The translations under genes were made by a program, and so were the position numbers. A DNA stretch of 64,000 nt from Haplodiscus bocki. Lineage: Eukaryota. The DNA is taken from contig OZ296649.1 of the NCBI GenBank assembly GCA_965655095.1, positions 79,236,001 to 79,300,000 of the forward strand. Reading direction: 5' to 3'. Shown in pieces: positions 1 to 11,200 of this stretch. Position 1 is the stretch's first letter. Every line of letters begins with the position of its first letter. Below the pieces are notes generated by a model that ran no database searches, was not told the DNA's origin, and saw only the letters and a program-made list of their open reading frames with translations.

Positions 1-299
1 CCCCTTTGCTTACATGATTTTGTTTAAAAAATTTGACAATACCTTCTGATACTAATTTTTTTCGGCGCAAAAAAGTCCCAAAATTTTCACAATACCTCTC
101 TCACACGTTTTGAGACAAGAATTGAGCCTTCCTGGCTTGTTTGTTTGCAACAAGACAAAAGAATGCAATTTAAAATTTGATCTTTTTCGATTATTTGCTG
201 ATTATATAAATTTTGATAGTTTTGTATCGGACGTTTCTCGAAACTTATTTTCTGCCTTATGGTCCCAACAGAAGTTCTGGTACAATCTCATTTTAGATT

Positions 300-3200
300 A
301 ATGATGTTATCGGGAAATATCGATTTTTCCCTCAAAAATTTACTGCTTTGATTTTTTGGATGATAGCGGCGATTTAGAATTTTGTTGGATACTTTCAGCA
401 CATTGGGTTTTTCTACTGGATCAACGTGATGGTAATGTACATTAGCTTGGAAAAATTCAATCAAACTATTGACAGTTTTTCTCTGCAGTATTAATTTGAG
501 TTGAGTTGTTTGACAATTTCTTCGGGGTGCTAAACACGCATTTTCCCTCAATCGGAGCCTTGGGTTTTGCTAATGAAGTCTTGTTTCATTTTCTTTTTAC
601 CCAATCAACCTTTCGCTCAAAATTATCTGACAACTCTCTTTATTCTGCTATCACCTATCCCAGCTTCTATCCCTAGGCTTGTTATTTTTCCTGTCAATTC
701 CGATAATGGACTTGTTTCACTTACAATTTTTCTCTCTTCTCAAGCGCCTCTTTTCAATGTAAAACGAATTCAATGGTCACGTCTGATCATAATTGCTCCT
801 GACATTTTTTCTTTTTCATGTTCAAAGGGTAATCGCAATTGCTTTCCGCCAAACTTGGGCTCAATATCGGTGGAGAGTACATTTTTTCTTTGAAAATTTT
901 CCTTTGAAATCTGTTGATTTATATTCTTGCGGCTTTTTTGTGAAGTAAATGCTTTTTATTATTGTTGTCCTGGCAGAAGCAGCAGAAAATAAATTGAGTC
1001 AGAAATTTGAATTATTGTTTGGTTGCTTTTCGTGATTTTGTGAATAAAAATTCGATTAATTTCAATCGCTGTGTTAAAGGACTATCGCGTGTCCTCTCTA
1101 TATCTCACAGAAATGAAAAAACTGGCACGTGGGATAAGATGGAGGCTACTAAATTCGCAGCATGAAGAAAAATTATTTATATTTTTCACGCATTCAAAAT
1201 CATGCTCCCATAATACCTTTTAACACCATGATAAAAACGTATTCTGGCCATGCTCCTCCTTCTGCGTGCTGCAGCCGCCTGTTAATTACTGTATGTGGCC
1301 GCCTTATAAATGAAGTTTAGAGCATGCCGCCTTCATTTTGGCTTCTTTTGTCTTCTGACTTACGACGCTGTAAAAAATCTACCTTGCGTTTGTTGTTGTT
1401 CTTGATTTTTGTGACAAAGTTGCTCCTGTTTTAACATGAGCCTCAAGTGATTTTGATTTATGCTCGAATTTTCTCTATATTTTGGCAAAAACAGACCGTG
1501 ATTGAGGCTGGTAAAGCGGCTGTGTAAATGTTGTCAAACAAGGCCATATCTATTTTGTTCTGAAATCAATTTCCCTTGACTTTGAAGTTCAACAACTGTT
1601 TTGTCCAAGCGCCCGCGTTTCTGTACACGCTTTGCCAATTCGTTTCGTTTTCTGTAAATATTTTTCTTCTTTTGTTAGCACAGAAAAGCATGAAATTTTA
1701 TCTGTTGTTTTTCCCAAATGAACAAAGGCCTTGTTTATTATCTAGTGCCGTTCCCAGATTCTAATAATAAGTTGCTTTCGGACATGACGTTCAACAACAT
1801 TAGCGCAGCTTTTTAAATGATAATTTCAAACTTAGAACACGTCCATTTGAGCTATATCAATTCACAGGGTCATTCATCAGTCATAGGGATCTTGAAACCG
1901 CAGAAACGTAATTTGCCATATCTGATTGAATGAGAAGAACTCTCTATCAGATACTTGAGTCTGTCCATCTAATGTCATTTCCTTCCTTTATTTGAGATGT
2001 GGAAGATAAGCCTGCCGACGCTGTCTGTCTACGCAACCTCCCCACTTCGCACTGAGGAGATTGTGTAAACTTAAGAACGCCACTCTGGCCATCATTCTAC
2101 ACTGTAGCTATCTGCACTCCTAATTAGCATTTCACATCGCGGTACCTCGGCTGCGTCACTTGGAAGTTATTCAAATTAGAAGCTCGAATACCCTACTGCT
2201 CAAGTTCTTTTCAAAAAGACTTCTATTTTCATTCATTTTTTCAATCCCATACTTGGCTACCTGTCAGTTGGGACATGTGTTATTTTTGTGTGTGAACGGG
2301 GATACTAATCAAAGCATTGTTGCAGGAAACTCTAGCTCTGATTACAAGCGGTTAATTCATGAGAATTGAATGTTCGAGCACCTTGAACGACTTCCGTCCA
2401 CTGTGATGTCAATCTTCTGAATGAATCAATATTTCATCTCGAACAAATTTTGCTGTGTGCACCCCGTTTCCATGATTGTGGCGCTGCCCAACATTACTAA
2501 CAGAGCTTACTTTTCTCTGTATTTGAGCTGCTATCTCTCTATTTGAGTGACACATTTCACTAAAATTGGTATCTGAAATTGCGAACATAGTGATACGTGA
2601 AACATATCGGGCTGAAATTCGCTGAAAGTGCTATCATGAAAGTCCAACTACAAAAGTGAGCATAAAACAAGCATCCATTTGTTAACTGCACAGCTCCATT
2701 TTGGCTGATTGTTTTATGACTATGCCGTACTACCACCGGATCTTTTTCCTGATCGAGCTCAATAAAATTAGTATAATTTGTTTTATCAAAACATTCCAGC
2801 CATCCTACTATCGTACCGTCAACGTGCAAAAGACGGGAGTAACTGTACTCCCTACTATTTGAGCATTCACCTAATGGCATAAGCTACTAAGCCACAGTGA
2901 CATTTTGCCAATCTTCTTTGACATTGCATTTATGACAGTTATTCCATTTTTTCACCTCGCTCATTTGCAAAAGCCTCTTTTCAGCAGCAGTCACTCATCT
3001 GATTAACGTCCTCGTCCTGTTACAGTGTACTCTTGGGGCTGCTCGTATTTCCTTTCTCCTCTTCCCGCCAAAATTGTCGCTTCTTTTTTTCAATTAGCAT
3101 CCCTATCGTCTATTCCTGTGCCAGGGATCGCTTAATTTTCAACTCTTACCAAAGTATTTTCATTTATCTGTCGAAACTATTTGAGTGCGATTATGTGTAC
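300..3200 (-). mobile_element. Possible decayed non-LTR retrotransposon relic
   Basis: A-rich, coding-like bias on the minus strand. Fragments SPKS..GRG (~3020) and RHNH (~2480). No intact domain. Confidence 0.22.
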
Positions 3201-3697
3201 TTTATATTTCTATTGAAAGAACGGATCAAGCTTACAACCTCCCCCCCGCGCGCGCATTGAAGTGTGGTGGAGATCAGTGATGCACATTTTTATTTTTTGA
3301 AAGTACCTTTTTGCTATTAACAAAAGCATATTTTTAAAGGAATCCTATAAATTTTTGTATAATCAATTTTGAATGTTGAGTGAAATTCATGAATTAAATG
3401 AATCATAAATTTTTCTTGTTCTTTGAATGATGACTCAATTTGGTTGGATCAAAAGGTCTTCTCATTTTTTCTTCTTATGGACTGTCTGAAACTTACTTTT
3501 CGTTCCTGGTGGTCTGCAGAATTCTAGTTTTGTCATCTCTGAAAGTTCAAAAGCTACTATTTGAAGCTTGAACGTTTACTTTCAACTTTTAAAGTGTAAA
3601 AATGATTCCTTTGAAAGGAAACATTTTGAAAAATTTACAAATAAAAAGGGGATAGAAATCTATAGTATCCTCTAAAATATACTTTGACTGATCCTAC

Positions 3698-4254
3698 TGT
3701 AGCGTCCCATAGCGTGGGGAGCTATTTGTTTATGGTTATTGTGGCTGACTTGATTTTTTTGTGCTTTTCCAAGCGAAAATTATTTGTTTTTGCAGGTTTA
3801 AAGAGTTAAATTTGGGAGATATTGACGACTAACATTTCTTCAGCTGGTTAACAACAGTAAGATTCGAGTATTTTTCTCCAAATCGGTTACAAAACTACAA
3901 TCACTATAAACTGTGAGTTGTACAAATTTTATTGGAAGCGATAAATATTTTGAGTCTGCCCCATTTAAAAATGCCGATAGGCGACGTTGTTCAACCGTTC
4001 GGTTGAGCGAAGAAAATCATTCAAAATATGTTTGTCCAATAAAAAACTTATTAAAGACTCGCGGTTGCACGAAGGGAGATGATTAACATTAATGCTACAC
4101 GATTAAAAACGAGATGAAGTTAACTAATAATAAAATGGGAAGCCTGGAAATAAAATGTGTGCCTTAGAAACAAAATAAATTGAATGACCGAAAAGAAAAA
4201 TTTTAAAATGTCCGTTATTAATTTAGAAGTAAAGTTTTGAGTTGTCTTATTGCA
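3698..4254 (-). repeat. 3' LTR
   Basis: Runs tgtagcgtcc...cttattgca with TG..CA termini. On the minus strand it is preceded by a short TTTAGTTGGG tract, a weak PPT. Confidence 0.9.
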
Positions 4255-4318
4255 CCCAACTAAATAGAATGCGTCCGTGCATTCTTGAACAAGCAAAGGA
4301 GAGGGGTCAGCGCTAGTT

Positions 4319-5530
4319 CTAAACGTCATCCAAAGATTCATTTTGTGGGCGGAGGTTGCAAAGGCGACAAAAATGACTGGAATCATTTCGCAGGACCGCG
4401 CGAATACCACAACAATCGTATTTTTTGCGAGTGATAGTGTCCGCTAGAATGTTGTGAATGGCGAATAGTTGTTGTGAGATGTTGCGATCAACTTCAGGGT
4501 GGCGGTCAGAATGGCAGAGGCGCATGAGTTACTGATAGTTCTTCTTGATATCCGCCTCTGATGTATGTCGGTGGGACGCTAAAACTTTGTAGAGGAAGTT
4601 TGTAGGGTTAACTTTATTTATATAAACAATGTCAGGGCAGGTCAGATAGGTGAGAAGCTGACGAAGCATGGGGAGGGATTTTTGGTCCAATTTCAACTCA
4701 TCAACGTTTTTCCATAAATCGGAGTTAGTGTCTTTCATGTCAGCAAGATTCGGTCATCAAGACCTTTTTGGCGAAGTTTTTCATCGATTGATTGTGGGTC
4801 TTTTCATATTTCTCTTTCTGTTTGTCAATAGCGCGCTCTAACCTGCAGAACAACGCTTTTTGAGAGTTCAATTCCTTACGAGCGTCTGCTGAAGTCTGTT
4901 CAAGGCTTTCAATTGCTTCGTTTGCTTTTGAGAGACCTGCAAATTCTATGTCCTCGAAACTGTCGGTGTAACAGGAGACAGAGGAAGTCCGTACAGGTGA
5001 TGTCAGCATGCCGTAATCGACAATGTCAGGCAAGACGGGAGGTGGCACAGGTGATGGTGAAGATGGAGTCATATCAAAATACATGGGTTCTGTGTTAACG
5101 GCCATTGATTTAGGGGGTTTTGGCGGCGTCCAAGCAGTGGAGGCGGGAGCGAAGAAATTGAACTTTTTGCTACCCTTCGCGGGAAAAACTAAGAGACTGT
5201 CGGAATTGGCGTTGCACCGAAAAACACGTTCAGGGGTCGGGTCAATCAGGAACACAATAGAACCAGGCTGGGCGTCGTCAGTAGAAGAAGCACCACGCAG
5301 TATAGTGGAAAAACGGAAGCAGAGAGTAATTCGAAACCCTTTTCGACAAAGTAAAAAAGACCGGAAAACGGCGGCGAAAGCAAAGTCGTGTCAAGCAAGG
5401 AACTACAGCAGAGCTGTGAAGTACCTAATCTCTTGAAGAAAACACGGAACTGCAGCGAGGCTGCTTGACTTCTAGTCTCGTGGGGGAAAACCACGGAAAG
5501 AAGAAACGTTTTGCAAGTTGTATGTCTCAT
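4319..5530 (-). pseudogene. Accessory ORF downstream of env: Pro-rich region, coiled coil and C-terminal DnaJ J-domain
   Basis: ORFs 4740..5255, 4529..4738 and 4319..4525 join through one frameshift and one in-frame TAA. The segment LYKVLASHRHTSEADIKKNYQ*LMRLCHSDRHPEVDRNISQQLFAIHNILADTITRKKYD (4415-4594) matches the J-domain helix pattern YxVL..EIKKAY.L...HPD..Y.IL.D...RK.YD. Confidence 0.8.
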
Positions 5531-5756
5531 GAGTGAGTCACGGAACGCGCAGCGGGGATATGCGAGCTAGTTGCTGGTAAGACCAGGGAAAAAGGAAAAT
5601 ACGTGGAAGACCACAGAAAAACGCAAAACTCTGTTCAGCAGAGCTGAAGGTTTCCGTGAAGGTGGAGAAAAAAGTTTACGCTCACCGTTAAATTACAGTG
5701 GACCTAACGTTCTCGGTGAAAAGACACCGGTAGTTGGTGTGAGCCTAGGTTTGAAC

Positions 5757-8063
5757 TTATGTCGCCGATGTGTAAACAAGAGTTCTATCGGGATACAAAG
5801 TATTCGGAGGAGGAACGCATGAGGTAGTTTCTCTTTCACTTTGAACAAGGAATTCGCGGGCCAATCCGTTGGCAGCCAGGAATTCAGCATCCGTCATATA
5901 CAGGAAAGGTGTTGTTACGTTATGGTCATCGTTCAGCGTAGGAACAGTGTGTAGGAATCGGCCGTGCGTGCTGCGGAACAACCGTTGTAGATGTTTGAAG
6001 AAACTTTCCCACTGACGCCGTAAGAGCGTGAAACTGATGCCAAAAGAGAAGAGAGAAATAGCAATGGATACACATGCCAGTCAAAAAGCAGTCCGCATAG
6101 GAATGTAATCTGCTACACCGCGACTGGTGGAAAGGGATAATGTCGTGTAATAATGTGGAATCGGTTGGTCCACTGTGTGAAGATCCTCGCTGGTCATTTT
6201 TTTCACGTACAGCAAAGGTGCAAGCTCCAACTGTACCTCACCAAGCGAATACACGTTCAGATCGGCGCTTGCGGACGGTAAGGTGTTGAAGATTGCAGCC
6301 ATAGAAGGTGTGAGTTTGGCAGTTCCAACAAACGGCTCGGGTTGTGTTCCACAAAAGTCCATGTCTGGGGTAAGAACAAGATCGCCATGGTTAAAAGTGA
6401 GTGTTGACGAACAGCTGGGTCGAATAAGATAGGCTTGACACTGCACTGTGGATATGGATACAGGTCAGCCATCGGTGTCGTTTTTGACTTGTAAACGTGC
6501 AGTACGGGATATGACGTGGTAAAAGCCATCCCCTTAATAAGTTTGCGGGGCCTCTGGCAACAAGACAGAGTCCATTAAACAGTTGCAAAGAGCTGGGATG
6601 CTATACTCATGAAAAAGAGACGTCGAAAAGAGAAGAGTTTCAACCGTGGTGGTGGAAAAACTTCGGCATAACTTATTGCGATTTGTTCCAGAGCATTGAA
6701 TGAGGTTAGGGGCACGCACTTCAGCATATTGCGAGTTATCAGTGGCAATTGCCACCAACTCATGAGAGAAATGATAAACCGAAGCTGTCGATCCATCCTC
6801 ATTGCGCTGGTGCAGGGGAATGGCACGAAAGACATCGAACGTGGACGATTTCGACTTCATTGGTATACCCCAGAGGATAGATAAGACTTCTTGCAAAACA
6901 GTGACTTCAAATACAATTTGGACTGCATAGTAAGTAGCCTCACAACCGGCTTGAATGGCTGGGGTCACCTTCGCTCCACGTCGAATTTCTTCTGAGGTAA
7001 TATCCTTGACAATTTCAGCGAGTTGGTTGGGTGTGAGGAAACTGGGTGGGAAAAAACCAGAAGAGTGCGAGGACAGTGGAATATATGGAGGTTTTATGCG
7101 ACACAAATTGAGCACCATAAGGTTTCAAGTGCTTATACATATAGGCAATATCTAAGTAGGACGTGTAATTGTGGACTTTATCTACGATGAGTTCGAATTG
7201 ACTCTGGACACTCATGCAATCACTGATAATGTTCAACTGGGGATTCAGCTGGCGAACGGCTTCTCCGTTAGCATTTAAACGGGCATGGATAACGTCTTGT
7301 AAGGCTTCAACGCGCTTTGTGGTGGCTGCGATTTCTGCGCACACAAGGACGAATTTCTCTTCAATGGCTTCTTGGACACGACGGATACTGCTCGAATTTA
7401 TCCTGACACTGGAGCAGATTGTGGACATTGTTCTTCAATACCGGGTTATCACTGCATAAGCTAAAGACGGAAAGGGCTTTGCAGGCAGCATTTCGTATCG
7501 CGTTTCCTAAAACAAGACCTGCGACACCAGAGGCTGCCATGAGTGCGGGAACAAGTCGTCGTTGTCAATGATCAGTAGCGCGAAAAGAAGGGGCTCCGTT
7601 AGGGGAGGCGCAAAAAAAGAAGAATTACGTAACAGTTCAGCGTTATCTTTTGCAATAGCAGAACGTTCATCCGCAAGTAGCTGTACACAATAGTTATTAC
7701 TTTATCGCAGGCCATCGGCACGACCGTGAGAGGTGAACCTAGCGATTGGGCTGCGCTCATTGGACGCAACTGTTCGTAACTATTGCAAGGAAGTCAAATG
7801 CCTTCGAACGTTACTGACGAGATCAATAGATGAATCAACTGCTGTCAAATCAACTGGCGGCGGTTGTGGGAAGGGAGAACAGACACGAACTCTGCTTCCA
7901 CTTTCTGTAGTGACTGCTTGGTAGTTTTAAATGAAGGTAGCGACTTCTTAGATGATGGGACTGCCATCTTCGGCAGGACCATCAGGAACAAACTGACCCA
8001 CAGGGACACTGGATACGAAGAGGAAACAAAACAGGTAGATATTAGCACATAAATTTGCGACAT
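5757..8063 (-). pseudogene. env: env-like class I fusion glycoprotein, disrupted
   Basis: A hydrophobic N-terminus starts at ATG 8063. [R>*]QRR|LVPALMAASGVAGLVLG forms a furin site plus fusion peptide (7567-7505). A heptad-rich helix (ORF 7015..7428) and Cys-rich ectodomain (6081-7118) follow, then TM LACVSIAISLFSFGISFTLLRR (~6080-6015) and a cytoplasmic tail to 5757. Confidence 0.8.
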
Positions 8064-8269
8064 CTAAACAACAAAAACGGCGATAAATACGGGTGAAGAT
8101 ACCAGAAGACTATTTTGGTACTAGCAGGAAAAAAGCATGAATTGACTAGTATGGGTATAAAAATGTAAGCAATCCGATCGGGTGATGAACCGTGTTTAAT
8201 GATGCGGTTGACATAGAAAACATGATTTTGTTACTTTGTTTTTTGTGTTTTTTTTTGTATTTAGTCTAC

Positions 8270-11200
8270 TGACTACTTGCGACCGGTTTTAGGACCTTTG
8301 GGTTTTCCGAATGAGCGGAAATGGAACTTGCAGTGGTTTGGACGGTTTCGTGCAGCTCTTTGTGCTGTAGACCGCGTTGTTTCAAACGATTGACCACTGT
8401 AATCCGCGTCTCGCGTCCTTTCACGTCCTAGTTCTTTCATTAGTTCGTGCTTGACTTGTTTATTGAGACTGTGTTGAATAATGGCGTGCCTTTCATTGAC
8501 TCTATTGCTGCGTATTGGACGGGGACAATTCTAGTCAGACCGGCGTATTGGAGAAAGTGTTGTCATACGCGAGTATGCATCAGTAAATACGGCGTCTGTT
8601 AGAAGTGGCTGTTGCGTGACAGTTTTAGCGGGCATTGAAGTAATTATAGGGGAACCAGATGGAGATGGAGGAATGACGGTTAGCCTTGGCGGAGATTGGT
8701 CTCCAAGAAAAGACGTGTAGGAATTAGCTGTGTTCAAGTGACATTTTGGGGAGTGAACGGCTTCTGGAACATGAGAAGCAAAGGCCAAGGGGGAATCACT
8801 TGATCGGTTTCGAAAAATGTCTTCCTCCAGTGGCGCAGAAGAACTTTCAATTGTTGGGACGGAGCCTGGGACGGGAACTGGGCCAACTGTTGGAGTACAA
8901 GTTAATTTGCTTTCACGGAAACAACCATGACACTTTGCAGGTGAAGGATGGGAAAAAAAACTCGTTTGGTGGTTTCGTTGGAAAGGGCGGTGTATGCGTT
9001 GGCGGGACAAAACCAACAGGAGGCGAACGGCACGGTTTCATGTGATGTTAGTGAACGATCAACACTTTGTTGGTTTCTATCTCACAAATTTTGTAAGTCT
9101 TTTCACTAATGACTTTCATGAGTTTGTAGGGATCGCGCCAAGAAGAATGAAGTGTAGGACTGAGTCATTGGGGAGTTGAGGGCTTACGGGGGATACTATT
9201 TGGCCTTCGGTGTATGTGGGGCCATGTACTTTAGCGTTATAAAGCGTATGTTGACGTTTCTGCTGACCGTGCATGTGCTGACGAGCCTGTTCGCAGGCTG
9301 TGTGGAACCGAAGTTGCGTCTCAGCAACCTGTTCGTAATAGCTTGTCCAAGAAGCTTCAGTTGCGGCAGGGAATTGTGCGTCTACTGGTAGGGTCACTTC
9401 ATGGCCAAAAAGCAGGAAGTGAGGTGTGTAGCCTGTTGACTCGTGGGCGGAAATGCGATAGGGAAACATTACATATGGAAGCATTTCAGACCAATTACGT
9501 TGGTTTTTTATCGATCGTTTTAGCCAGCAAATTCAGTAGCGTATGGTTTGTCCTTTCAATAACTGCACTGGATTGTGGGTGAAAACCGGTTGTGCCTGTT
9601 TTCTCTAATTGGAGCAGTTTGGTCCGACATGTGAAAAGTTTAGCTTCAAAATTAGGTCCTTGGTCGGAATTAAGGCTCTCGGGGTAGCCAACGCGGGTGA
9701 TCCAGTGATCCACGAGGGCGTTGGCTGTTGTAGGAGATGACTGGTCTGGTAGCACGACTGCTTCATGCCACTTGGTGAATTGATCATCGATCAGCAGGAT
9801 GTATTGATTACCTGCAGTAGACGGAAAAGGGCCTAAGAAATCAATACTGACCGTTGAGAATGGAAAACTGGGTTTGCATGCTCGGAGACTGTGGATATGC
9901 TCTTCCTGGGACTGCTGCGTTTCTGACAAACGAAGCAACTGGGAACAAACACTCCAACATCGCGTTTGTGAGCGGGCCAATAGAAACAGGAGCGTAATTT
10001 TTCTAAAGTCTCCGTGACTCCTAGATGAGCACTCGTCTGGTCAAAGTGGAGGGAATGGAGTATATATCGATCTAATCGTTGACCTGAAAAACCGTTTGAC
10101 TCTTTTTGAGATTTTCAAGCTTCCGGCAAAGAATGCCGCGAAAGATTGTTAGCTCATCAAAAAGATTCCACAGAGTCCGTACATCGCGAAGGAAACCCTG
10201 TTGGTGGGAACGGGGTGGACGAGATTGATTGCGTACGCAAGTCAGTACTTGATTGATTCCAGTACTGGTTGTTTGTGCGTTCTGTAAATGCATTGCTGAG
10301 TTGTGATCACCAGCTGTCGTGCGCGGGCGGAGTTTTGAGAGTAAAAACGGTTAGTTCGAGGTTTGATTCCCGAAAAATTTCACGGTTATTTTTTGTAGTT
10401 CAGTTCATTGAAGCTTATCCAAACCACATGATAAATGTGGAATACCCAATTTTTCGATCCGAGCAAAACTCATATGATCTCGCAAAACCAGTGTTGCTTT
10501 TGTCAGGGAGCGGTAAGTAGGTTTTTTAAAATAGCGTGGTTCGACTATCAAGTGAAACACAAATTTATCATTACCCAAATACTGTGCATGCAGTACTTGT
10601 TGCTTCTATTCCTTTCGCGTCGGGAAATAACTTGGAAAAATTCTGATTTGTTTCGCGAGACCAGCGGCCAGCTTGAGTCAATTGAAATAGAGTGGGCTTT
10701 TGAATGTTAAAAGTCCACTAAATCTCCTTGCTGCTCAATCACCGCGAAGTGTGATACTGGTTCGTTTGCACTGGCTTCGTGGCCGTTTCTATTCTCAGAC
10801 TGCTCATTAGTCTGATTGCTTTTGTTTTCTCCGGCTGTGTTGCCGTTTCTGACTTCAGACTGCTCATCATCAGTCAGTTTGTTCGCTCTAGTTTCATAGC
10901 CCTCTTCGACGTCAGACTGGTCATCATCAGTCGGAGTGATTTTATCGGTGTCCCGTGATACGGTGGTGCTATGCGATTGTAGTGCTGGTGGATTTTGACT
11001 GCTTGAAGAAGAAAGATTTTGCGAGAAGTTGTCTACCGAAGCGTCAACGTCGATGGATGGTTGTAGTCATGTTGAGAGCGGCGGCTAGTGCCGGGAGTCC
11101 TGACATACATTCAGCATGTCCAATGCTTTTACCGCTTCGGTGTTAAATCTCATAGTCAAAGGCAGCGACTTTTCAAGCCAACGAACAGTTGAGGCGTCTG

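Noticed and set aside
3690-3697. Target site duplication for the LTR element
   Set aside because: Left CTAC vs right CTAA is only a partial match, and the right edge is obscured by the adjacent HINE-like insertion.
4415-4600. Host DnaJ gene or retrocopy lying next to the element
   Set aside because: It lies inside the LTRs, is co-oriented, continues an upstream element frame and has no poly-A or TSD of its own.
5023-5436. Plus-strand Gly-rich ORF (also 13347..13739 and similar)
   Set aside because: Antisense shadows of Pro/Ser-rich minus-strand element ORFs.
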